From Strigamia acuminata (lineage: Eukaryota): a stretch of 64,000 bases of DNA. Where the stretch lies: positions 310,001-374,000 of the forward strand of contig OX442314.1 in the NCBI GenBank assembly GCA_949358305.1, read 5' to 3'. How positions within the stretch are numbered: position 1 is the stretch's first letter; every line of letters starts with the position of its first letter. The translations under genes were made by a program, and so were the position numbers. This document shows, in pieces, positions 23,473 to 33,429 of this stretch. A model generated the notes under the pieces. That model was not told the DNA's origin. It saw only the letters and a program-made list of their open reading frames with translations, and ran no database searches.

Positions 23473-23982
23473 TAGAGAGTTTGCGGGATGCATTTTTCTC
23501 TTACAGTTAAACACTATACGGTATAAAAATAGTGTAAGGGAAAAATGATAAATTAAGTTTTTGCGGGTTGCACTTTTCTCTTATCACTACACTATTTCAG
23601 CCAACTACTGACAGTTAGTAATTTTGGGCCTAAAAATTCAATTTGGGGGCCTAAATGTGCAAATTTCTGCATAAAATTCCATTATTATGCCTATAAAGTA
23701 TGGTTTCGGGCCTAAAATTCAATTTTGGGCCACACTTGCCATTCAATCTACGTAATTATGACTGATGTGTACCTATGACTGATGTGTTTGATCGGGACAA
23801 CAAAATAATCGCCATTTGCAATGGGCGGAGCTAACAATATAGTGTTCTCAATTCTGATTGGCTGCGCTATATTTTAATTTAGTGTTAAAAACGATACAGA
23901 TAGATTTTTCCCTTACGATATGGCACTAAAATAGTGTAACAAAGAGAAAAATAAGGGAAAAATGCATCCCGCAAACTCTCTA
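23473..23982. mobile_element. MITE with ~25-bp TIRs
   Basis: TAGAGAGTTTGCGGGATGCATTTTT and its exact reverse complement; possible TA target. Confidence 0.8.
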
Positions 23983-24120
23983 TTGTCACGGAATTATCCT
24001 GGCAATTTGAATCCCGGTTTTTCAATCAAGTGCGCATGACTCATTTATTTTATTTTGAGAAATCGTGTGTGAAATCAGGTCACCCTGGTCATCAATGTTT
24101 TCATTGTTTTTCGTGACACA

Positions 24121-25849
24121 TGTGATGATTACAAATCGGTATTTATTAATGTTCACAATAGATGGCGCTGTTTAATAAACGCGCGTAATTCAAACTCGAT
24201 AAAACTAAAAAGTTTTGATAAATCATTACTTGGAGAAGATAAATAAAATATAACTATTCTATTTATGCATGATTAAGTATTATTACTTAAAAAAGGATAT
24301 TGATTCTACCGAATCAATATTGAGTTTACTTACCTCGCGAAGGGGCCCCACTGGGCCCATCTGGACATAGTCATATATTAGGTCCGGACTAGTGACCCAC
24401 GAATCCGCCGATTCGTGTGCTGATTGGCTGTCACCAATCTAGTATTCGTCATGGACTATATAAGCATCAGTTTTCCTCCCAGTATCCCCCCTGGCTTGAT
24501 AACTGAATATGTCTATATTGTCTGTAGTTGAATTGTTGTTATCGTTTGATCTCACTTTCTCTATCGACACATCAGGCCACCTCAGCTCTCCACGATTGGT
24601 ATTCATTACTATATTGTTATTGTTGTTGTAGGGCCTTTTCGGGAAGGCCAACTCCGGTAATAGACATGCGCTCGCATGAAATGGCCCCGTAACGTTAGCT
24701 TGCTGTTCTACGGGACAGTTAGAGTTCGTACGGTGGCTTAATATAACGGCCATACACAGTAAGGCCTTGCTAGATGAAAGTAGGTCCCTCAGCTAACTGG
24801 CCTCAGTCCGCTGCAGGATGGCTGTTGTAAACAGCCTTCCCAGGTTCCCGTCTTTCTGCGATTGGTCCTTCCGCTCGTTAAAAGTCGGTAAAGACCTAAT
24901 GTACAGGTAACACGCCGGGTTGGTAGCCCGTGAGTAATATCTTCAAGATGTTGCGATAAATAACTACCTGGATAATGGTAATCCAACAGCAGTGGCTGAA
25001 TAATATTTTACCCGGTGCTCGATCTGTTGATCCCGCCATCGTAAGGCATGCTGGCGGATGGAGGAGTCAAATTCTCCCGCGATGGTTCTCTCGACCGTCG
25101 TGACAGTCCCCGCCCCATCGTACCCTCCGGGTTAGTATCCCGTGAACAGGAGTTGAACAACACTGTGTTAAACAAATTACTCGGGCATTGGTAATCCTGT
25201 ATTGGCAATAACTTTTATACCGATAAGTCCATAGAAATGTTTACCTGGTGGTTGGTACTACCGATAGCGATCTAAAGCGTACAATTAAATACTCGGCGCT
25301 TGATCACGAGATCTTGTCGTCGTAAGGCATGCTGGCGGATGGAGTCTCAACAACTCCCGCGACGTTCTCTCAATTGTCGTGACGGTCCCCGCCCAATTAA
25401 TATTTATATAACAATTCATTTGTTGTATTCCATTAATTACTTGACTTTATTTCATTTAAAACATGGAATATTCTGCCGAATATTCCTATTTTATGCGAAG
25501 GACTCTTCGCATTATTAGATAATCGAGCTGCGGACCAAATACGTCTCCGTAGCGTTATTTGTGACGATGCCGCAAGTCAGCTGTATCCCTTTGGCTTCGC
25601 CCGGATCCTCAACCAGTTGATGCCGCCCGTTTACACGCGCCCAGAACCTTCTTATGTTATTAGGATTAATAAATATGTTATGTCACACTAAAACTGTAAG
25701 TTATTCCTATTCGATCACGTATTCACGTTTGTAAAGACTTCCGTAGCTTATCTCGGTTAGGTTGTTGCTAGACTTAGCAACGTCTTGTTTAAACCGATTT
25801 ATCTATCTCAAATTGGCTATTAAATTAGCCTAAAAGTAGAATCGTCACA
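24121..25849 (+). mobile_element. Solo LTR (Gypsy-type, 1.7 kb)
   Basis: TGTGATGATT...AATCGTCACA ends; 4-bp TSD CACA; CCAAT boxes at ~24424-24440, TATA at ~24457, AATAAA at ~25668. Confidence 0.75.
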
Positions 25850-26246
25850 CACATTTTGTTTGATATATCTTGTGATTCTCGTGTGACATCTCGTAATCAC
25901 TAATGTGGCTAGATTTTGAGCAAAAAAAATTGGCTGTTTTAAGCCAAAAATGAGCTGTTTTTTATTACAAGCTTTGAGAAAATGTAAAAATCCCACTCAG
26001 TGCACTTGACCTTAGGCTGCCTTGCTTAGATGTTTTGGTTGCATACAAGTAAGGTTTTTAGGCTCTATTTCAAAGAGAAGAAAAAGAAATTGATTAATTA
26101 TTTAATTTTTAAAAAAAACCAAAATCAACATTTTGGCCTAACCAGAATACATGGCTTGTCTACAAAGCTGAGTAGACAAACATTTCAAACCTTTTTTTCT
26201 CAAAACTTTTCAGTAAGAAATAATTTTTTTAAGAACAGTTCTAGAC

Positions 26247-26437
26247 TAAACTCTATTCCAAAAAGTATTTGAAATACTCCCATTGGAGATTTTGTCTCTA
26301 GTTCAGTTGTGTATTGAATATGATGCTGTTTTCAGATTCCATTAGACTTGTGCTGTTTTGTCGCAATGCATTTATACTGCTGTTATGAATCTCCCAACCA
26401 ATGGGAGTATTTCAAATACTTTTTGGAATAGAGTTTA
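26247..26437. mobile_element. Small MITE (~40-bp TIRs, TA flanks)
   Basis: AAACTCTATTCCAAAAAGTATTTGAAATACTCCCATTGG and its reverse complement. Confidence 0.8.
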
Positions 26438-26929
26438 ATTAGATGGTCCTTAATAACTTTGAAATTGACATTTTTTGCGTACCAAAACAGTTATGCAACA
26501 ATGTCATATGAATTTAACATGTTTCATTGAATTCGTCACATGTCATACTTAAATTCATAATCAAAAGTATTTTTAAATTTACATAATTGTGAAATAATTC
26601 ACTTGTTAGGTGTTCGGCGGGACACCCTGTATATGCAAACACATGGTGGGTATTGCTATTATTAAGCAACACCTGAGTGTACCAAGTTTTTTATAGTGGG
26701 GAAAGTCAGTAGTGGGAAATTTAGTTTTTTTTAGTGTATAAATTTAGTGGAACAAAAAAAGAGCGTTAGTGGAAATTTCAGTAAGTGGGAGAATTAGTTT
26801 TCTTTTAGTGGAAATCCAAGGAATTTTAGTGGGTTAATAATATATACCCAATAAATCCTATCCAATGAAGATGGATGTTCAAAAGGCAGCATTAAAGAGA
26901 AAATTTGCCTAAAGTCTTCTTTTTTGATG

Positions 26930-27490
26930 ACATTTGGCAGGACACAAAACAAATCGTATCCAATGAAGATGGATGTTCAAAAGGCAGCATTAAAAAGAAA
27001 ATTTGTTGAAAGGTATTTGTATAATATAACAGAAAGTTTTTATAAATTTTTTTCGCATAATTTTATTTATTTGTTGCAGCAATTTTACTGTAAAAGAATT
27101 CCTGGCTGTTTTCCCAAATCAGAAGGAATATTTTGCTGAACAAGATGTCAGCACGAACATCTCCTATCAAGAACATGTCAGCATTTATATACAAAATCGT
27201 TATTCGTATGCAAGAAAATGAAGTTCAAGAACGACCATATTCCAATACCAACGGAAATCAACGAATTATTTTACATTGAATTGTATTATAACAAAAACAA
27301 GCAAAGGATCGAGGGTAACTTTAAGATTAAAAAAATGATGTTGTGTAATTACTTACAATTCCATCCAGATTTTAAAGCAAAAAAGGCTGAGGATTGAAAG
27401 ATAAGGATGGCAGAAGCAATTGACAAAGGAAACCTCATGGAGTGTCCATGCTGTTTTGACGAAGAACTGCTAAGAGAGGATATGCTCCAG
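26930..27490 (+). pseudogene. RNF216/TRIAD3-like RBR E3 ligase pseudogene fragment (three exons)
   Basis: Exons read ..SYPMKMDVQKAALKRKFVE | NFTVKEFLAVFPNQKEYF..SYQEHV..PIPTEINELFYIELYY.. | DFKAKKAED*KIRMAEAIDKGNLMECPCCFDEELLREDMLQ, with stops and a frameshift. Confidence 0.6.
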
Positions 27491-27646
27491 GATAGGTTAG
27501 GTTTAGTTAGGTTAGGTTTAGGTTAGGTTTAGGTTAGGTTTGGTTTTTCTGTTTGTACCGTTTCATCGAATTTCTTGAAAAATGGTACGTTTCATCGAAC
27601 AAACTGCCATTTGATGAAACGGGATTCGATGAAGTGGCCCGACTTC
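27491..27646 (+). mobile_element. MULE terminal segment with TTAGG-like repeats and TIR
   Basis: Ends GAAACGGGATTCGATGAAGTGGCCCGACTTC, closely similar to the right TIR of the 8821-10749 MULE (GAAACGGGATTCGAGGAAATGACCCGACTTC). Confidence 0.8.
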
Positions 27647-28541
27647 GTTTTTATCACGGGTAGAAGAATTGTTCGTCAGAGACCGCCGCAACCAGCCACT
27701 GACGAGCTGACCTAGGTCGGGCCAAGGACAGAAATTTATATTAAGCCACGGGTATCCCACGGGCCAGTCCAGCATTGGCAGCAATAGTAAAACAAGTTAT
27801 TAATATTGACCAAGAAATATAAATACAAACAGAAGGACGGTCGGAAGGTTCGCCCAAGAAGTTTTAAAGGAATAAAAATTGTTGAAAGAATGTTTTTTTT
27901 TTGTCCAGGTATAAGGGAATTGCTTTTACCATTAAAAGATTTTACAATTGGCACAGACACAGGTCCCAAAACGAAATCATGGAGATTTTTAACTTCATAA
28001 AACACTGCCATTGGCTGAAATTATCACAAACAGTATGGAGAAGTTAAAATTAAAAAATAATTTAACTTGATTGGGCAGTTGGCAAAGATGCTAGCTATTC
28101 TGTGGCAACCCAACACAAGCAACCAGGAGAAATTGTGGAAATAGTTAAGAGAAAGAGATAAAAGGATTCCAATAACAGACAATAAAAAGTTGGATATTAA
28201 CCAAACTCAACACACAAGAAACGAAAACAACCTTCCACCATATTGTTGTGTTTTCCAATAGCAAAAGAATTTTTTTGCATGTGTTAATCTTTTGAGGATT
28301 TTTGCAACTCTGGGAGAAAGTCATTTTGAAAAAAGTGAAAGCTCAAAAATTTACAAATATTTTAGTTTAACACTAGAACAACTAAACTGGTGAAAATAAA
28401 ATGACCAGCACAGCTGTAGCAATAAACCTAATGGTTTCTAATAGTGTTTTTGATGCTTTACATCATAAATCAGCAAACTTTGATTCCAATTATAATAGAG
28501 CAAGAAGCTTAAAGAAAATGGTAAGAAAGGAAATAAGACGG

Positions 28542-29967
28542 TGCGGTGGCCCGGATGCCACCGAGAGGTTTTATTTTATTTGATCGCTTTGAAAATAAGT
28601 CAATTTCAAGCGAAAGGAAATAAATAATTCCGAATTTTATTTATTTAGTGCATTTAGCAAAAGTTTGCTTTATTTTATTATTATTTTACATTGTATCTCG
28701 AAATAAGTTAATTCGAGTTCATTGTCACCATTTTTGTATGTAAATCGAATAAAATATATGCATTTGAATTATAAACCAGTTGAATTTATTTTGAGTCTTG
28801 AAAGTTGCCAAAATTGGCAGTTTTATTATTATTTTGTGCCACAAAGTGACAGCAGTATAATTGGAGTAATTAATAGTTATTTTTAGAACTCTGCCTGTCT
28901 GCAGAAAAACAGCTGAGTGGGAGGTTGCCAGGGCAACCCACCCACAAGCTAAGCAATACAGGAAGTGTTTCCTGCTAATAAGGAAATTTAGCAGAAACAC
29001 TTCAGTCTTACTTTGAAAACCTTGTTGAAACAACCCCGTGAATTTACTCCAGAAACCTGAAAACTGCAGATAAATCTTACGGCCAAATTTTGCCAAGTTT
29101 GAGACTCACCACTTCTTGCAACAGTAAACTGCTGTTGTGAGAGCCCTTTCTTGTGATAACCACATTGTTATCACGAGATTTCTTCTTGCAACAACCTGCT
29201 TGTTGTTGTGAGATTTCTTTCTTGTCGCTAAACAGGCGACGAGATATTTGTATTTTGCCAAGTTTGGCGACCCGCCGTCAAGGTCGTCACTCGTGCCGGC
29301 GTGCCGAGTGAGATCCGAGTCGTGGGTGTCGTCCAACTTTGGATTTGAGTAACGTAACCGAGACGTTTTCGCCACCGTCACGGTCGTCTGTCGCGCCGGC
29401 GTGCCGAGCAGAGACCCGAGTCGTGTGGGAGATCGTTTATCGAGGAGAATTAGTGGTGAAGGTGCGGACGTTTGTGAGACGTCGTGTTTGAGGAAAAACG
29501 TCGTGAAAACGTTCCGTCGGCGTACGTGAGCGTTTCCATCAACGAGACGGAGTCGAGAAGGAAATCCAACGTCCGATCGCCGTCGGATTTGGAGAGGAAC
29601 GAAACAGCGTCGAGGACGGAAAACCAGCGCCGTCGCCGCCATCTTCTTTATTTTATTCCTATTTTCCTAATTTCGATAAGTATTTTGTTTAGTATTTTTA
29701 TTATGTTAACGGTAAAAAGTAATGTTAAGAAAGCTTTGTAATTTCGTGTATTATTTGTAATTTAAGTGATTTATTCAAGACTAAGAATAAATCTCCTGTG
29801 AGAATTTAAAAGAGAAAACATTTGTATTCTTTGAAATTAGTTAGTTAGTTAAATTCACTTAGGCCAATTAGATTAAATATAAATTTTAGTGTTAGTGAGT
29901 TTTGTAAGTCCTATAAACGGCAATCCTTAGTGAGTCAGTTTTAGTAATAAGATTCCGGTTCACTTCA
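28542..29967 (+). repeat. Gypsy 5' LTR
   Basis: Direct repeat of 41763-43188. Confidence 0.96.
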
Positions 29968-30105
29968 CTTGGGGGCCTGTCCATTTGAACCTTAAGTGGA
30001 TTTGCATTTTGTGTAAAATTCTAGGGACCTCCAGAATTTTTTTTTTTTTTTTTGTGAAATCTTGTTAGTTATAAGTCTGTTTCTTTCTTCACTCTTTGAT
30101 TGACC

Positions 30106-33100
30106 ATGCAACAAGACAGAGAAGCGGGAAGAGGAAAAGGTCCGGCACGCAGGACCAGACAGAGGGACGGAGCGTCGGGAGGACATCACGACACACGCTC
30201 GCGATCGTCGTCACGATCAGCCGACAGTAGTCGAACGCCGAACCCATACAGTCAAGATCTTTGGCCTAATTCGGACAATGTTGACCATACTCTCGTCTCA
30301 CGCCCGCCCTCTCCCATGTCAATAGCAGAGAATGTTAGTTCTACTGCCAGTTTGAAGGCCGACTTATCGCATTTATCACGCGAAGAGTTGCTAATAGTGG
30401 CCAAGAAAAGGGGTCGATTGTTGAAAGCGCACCGTATTGCCGCGTCCAGGAGTAGGGACATTAGCGCTGTGACATCTGGGACCAGTACCCCGACTCAGGA
30501 AAGATTGGATAAGGTTCGCCAACGCATTCACGATCTGATGCAAGCTGCAGCTACCAGTTTGACGGAAGCGCAGCAGAAATATTTAGAAGGCGGCCCAATT
30601 ACGGATGAAGAAGCGGCAGAGCGACTAGCTGCAATACAAGCACGCGAAGATGACATTCGAATTGCTGGCTCAGAAGAATACCAACTCATGAAACAAATGA
30701 GGTTGGAGGAATGCCAATTCAAAAATTCCAAATTGGAATTGGAGCTTGTTACGAAACAGAAAGAGAACCGACTACAACAAGAAAAAGACCAAATGGAAGC
30801 TTTTAAAGTGCGCTTAGACACTCGGCAACAAGCTTTGTTTGCAAGAGAAAAGGCAATGGAGACCGCAGTTCAAGATGAAAATGTCCGTCTTCGTCAAGCA
30901 ACTCTGCAAGCGCAAGAAGATGCCGAGCGGATGCGCAAGGAGCTAGAAGATATGAAGTATCTCGCCCACATCAATTATCCGAGAGCTGCGGAACCGCAGA
31001 GAAGCTCGCGTCCAGCAGATACTGGACGGAAAAGAATTGATTCTTTTGGGACTTCGTCCAAAAGAGGGAGGGAAGGTGCTGAAGAAGATTCAGCAAGTAA
31101 AAAATTGCTATCGTCACCAACTAGGAATTTATTTGAAGTCATTGACCAGTGGAGTGCTCAACATTGTCCCAACAATCAAGGACAGACCACTCAACACAGA
31201 ACAAAGACAACTGAAGTTAATTTGCAACCGGAAATCGTCACAATTCCAGCGACGAAAGGACAAAATGAACGTTCACGCGACGTGTACGCAGGAGATTGGC
31301 CAGGAAAATACGATCAACACCAAATTGGTGCATCAAATTTCGAACAATCAAAAAATCCAAAAGCCAACAACACCTTCCGTCCTTGGGAAGATGATCCGAA
31401 CAAATTAAAAAATAAAGACGATGGAAAACAAGAACAGGGCGCTTCAGCAAATCCTTTCGCGTCAAGTCAAGATGTGGATGAACGCCACCTTTCACAACGA
31501 AATGAGGGAAGGCGCCAGACTGAGCATTATCCCTCACAAGGTGACCAAGTAGTCCCAACACAAGAATTTCCAGAAAGGAATCGCCATTATGAAACCCCAG
31601 ATAGGCGTCGGGATGACGTTTCACATCAACAACGTGACCATTATTTGTCATCTCGTGATAACCCAAATGAAAGGGATCAACGTTATCAATATAACGATCA
31701 GCGTTATTACACGAATGACGAACGTCAAGGTGACGATCCAAATTACAGAGATCGATCACAACAGAGAAGTAACTCGAGACAGCGTGATGAGTCACGCCAA
31801 AGAAGTGATTCTCATCAAGACAGATACTCTCGTCATAATGAACGGCAAAGAGGCCGCAATAGTCCACCACCAGGAGGCACACGAAACGAAAGAGACGAGC
31901 GAAAATATTCGGATTCGGAATATTTCCGACGAAATGAAGGAAATTATTCACGAAATGAAGGAAATTATTCACAAAATTTCGGAGATCGTCAACACAGATC
32001 CGAATATCGTTCAGATGAGCAAAGAATACCTGCTGGTAATGGCGGCGCGTCTCAAATGACTCCTGCACAGTGGCGAGAATTCATTAATAGTCAAATTGAT
32101 GAACGTTTAGCAAGAATTCCATCCAAAGCTCAAGAGATGGAAGAGGTTTTGCAAAAAAGAATTAGAAAATATTGTGCTGGAAATTGGTCACACACATTCA
32201 CTGACCCAAGTCAAATAAAATGGGATAGAATAACACCAGACCCGTTTGATGGAACTTGGCAAGCCGGAACTCAATTTTTTGATGACGTAATGCAAATTGC
32301 AAGAAGTCACGGCATTGACCCGAGAACCACACTTGACAAAATTATCCCTAAGATCCTGACCGGAGGTGCGGCAAAATGGTTCTATGGTCGCTCATTTGCA
32401 TCCTGGAACGAATTTGTGCGCGCTTTTATGAAGGAATACGGAGAGTCGAATGCGACTTTATACCATAATTGGGATAACTTGAAACAAATGTTAGGTGAAG
32501 ATCTCCGCTCGTATTTGCGAAGGACGGAGGAATTACTTGATCAATTACCATACAATGTTGATGACTTTTCAGCTGATCGCCAATTCCGTCGAGGTTTAAC
32601 GGAATTCTCAGAGAGAGTGTTGTCAATGGTCAAAGCACCTTTGGCGAATTCTTTTGAGAAATTGGCTGAATTTATGAGAACAAATCAGATGTACATTGAC
32701 GATCGATACATCAAAGATTTGCCACCGGAGGAGCAAAGGGGACAAGAGGAGTTGCTGCGACGTCAAGCAAACTTTGCTAGAGGAGGTACGAAAGTGATGC
32801 AACCCCGATCACTATTCACCATGCCTCGCAAGGAAGTCACATTCCAGCGCAGCAAAGATAATGAACCAACTCCTCACCCTCCTCCAAAAATTCCAACTAG
32901 ACCCACAGCTAGATGGGCACAGGAAGTTGATGATCAAAGAGATATGGTAAATAACCAAATAATCTCTATGGAATTGACTGACAAACATATTGAGACTCTG
33001 GTTGAGGCAACAAACGCATTTTACGCAAAAAATAATGCGACAACGGCCAAATACAAGCCGCCAATGCAACCAAAGTCAACAGTCTCTAGTGACACCAAAG

Positions 33101-33414
33101 AAGGTCAAAGTCATACGCCAAAGACTTTTTCACTGGAATTTCCAACTAAAACTCCATCACAGGAAGCTGGAAAAACTGAAGGCAATAGTCAAGTAACGAC
33201 TGCATCAGTTAAAAGTGAAGGAAGTGTAGAAACAGCTACTACACCAAGAATGACGCCTGATAACGCACCTTGTCATAACTGCGGTGCATTAGGACATTGG
33301 GCAAGACAGTGCCCACAATCAAAAAAGCAGTCTGCACCAAAAATGGACATTGAAAAGTTGGTGGACGCCCTCACTGAAGCCGTGCAAAAAAACTTGCGAG
33401 CGCGGGACCAGTAA
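30106..33414 (+). CDS. Gypsy Gag (~1100 aa, long N-terminal extension)
   Basis: First ATG at 30106. Capsid-like PDPFDG..LTGGAAKWF..SWNEFVRAF..LKQ; knuckle CHNCGALGHWARQC. Confidence 0.9.
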   Translation: MQQDREAGRGKGPARRTRQRDGASGGHHDTRSRSSSRSADSSRTPNPYSQDLWPNSDNVDHTLVSRPPSPMSIAENVSSTASLKADLSHLSREELLIVAKKRGRLLKAHRIAASRSRDISAVTSGTSTPTQERLDKVRQRIHDLMQAAATSLTEAQQKYLEGGPITDEEAAERLAAIQAREDDIRIAGSEEYQLMKQMRLEECQFKNSKLELELVTKQKENRLQQEKDQMEAFKVRLDTRQQALFAREKAMETAVQDENVRLRQATLQAQEDAERMRKELEDMKYLAHINYPRAAEPQRSSRPADTGRKRIDSFGTSSKRGREGAEEDSASKKLLSSPTRNLFEVIDQWSAQHCPNNQGQTTQHRTKTTEVNLQPEIVTIPATKGQNERSRDVYAGDWPGKYDQHQIGASNFEQSKNPKANNTFRPWEDDPNKLKNKDDGKQEQGASANPFASSQDVDERHLSQRNEGRRQTEHYPSQGDQVVPTQEFPERNRHYETPDRRRDDVSHQQRDHYLSSRDNPNERDQRYQYNDQRYYTNDERQGDDPNYRDRSQQRSNSRQRDESRQRSDSHQDRYSRHNERQRGRNSPPPGGTRNERDERKYSDSEYFRRNEGNYSRNEGNYSQNFGDRQHRSEYRSDEQRIPAGNGGASQMTPAQWREFINSQIDERLARIPSKAQEMEEVLQKRIRKYCAGNWSHTFTDPSQIKWDRITPDPFDGTWQAGTQFFDDVMQIARSHGIDPRTTLDKIIPKILTGGAAKWFYGRSFASWNEFVRAFMKEYGESNATLYHNWDNLKQMLGEDLRSYLRRTEELLDQLPYNVDDFSADRQFRRGLTEFSERVLSMVKAPLANSFEKLAEFMRTNQMYIDDRYIKDLPPEEQRGQEELLRRQANFARGGTKVMQPRSLFTMPRKEVTFQRSKDNEPTPHPPPKIPTRPTARWAQEVDDQRDMVNNQIISMELTDKHIETLVEATNAFYAKNNATTAKYKPPMQPKSTVSSDTKEGQSHTPKTFSLEFPTKTPSQEAGKTEGNSQVTTASVKSEGSVETATTPRMTPDNAPCHNCGALGHWARQCPQSKKQSAPKMDIEKLVDALTEAVQKNLRARDQ

Positions 33415-33429
33415 ATCAGGATCCCGCGC
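33387..33429 (+). promoter_or_regulatory. -1 programmed ribosomal frameshift signal (gag to pol)
   Basis: Slippery A AAA AAC (33387-33393) in gag frame, 6-nt spacer, then stem GCGCGGGA / TCCCGCGC. The -1 frame is open into pol. Confidence 0.85.

Noticed and set aside
28725..29741. ORFs of 123, 178 and 85 aa, repeated at 41946-42962
   Set aside because: They lie in the LTRs and recur only because the LTR is duplicated; no protein features.
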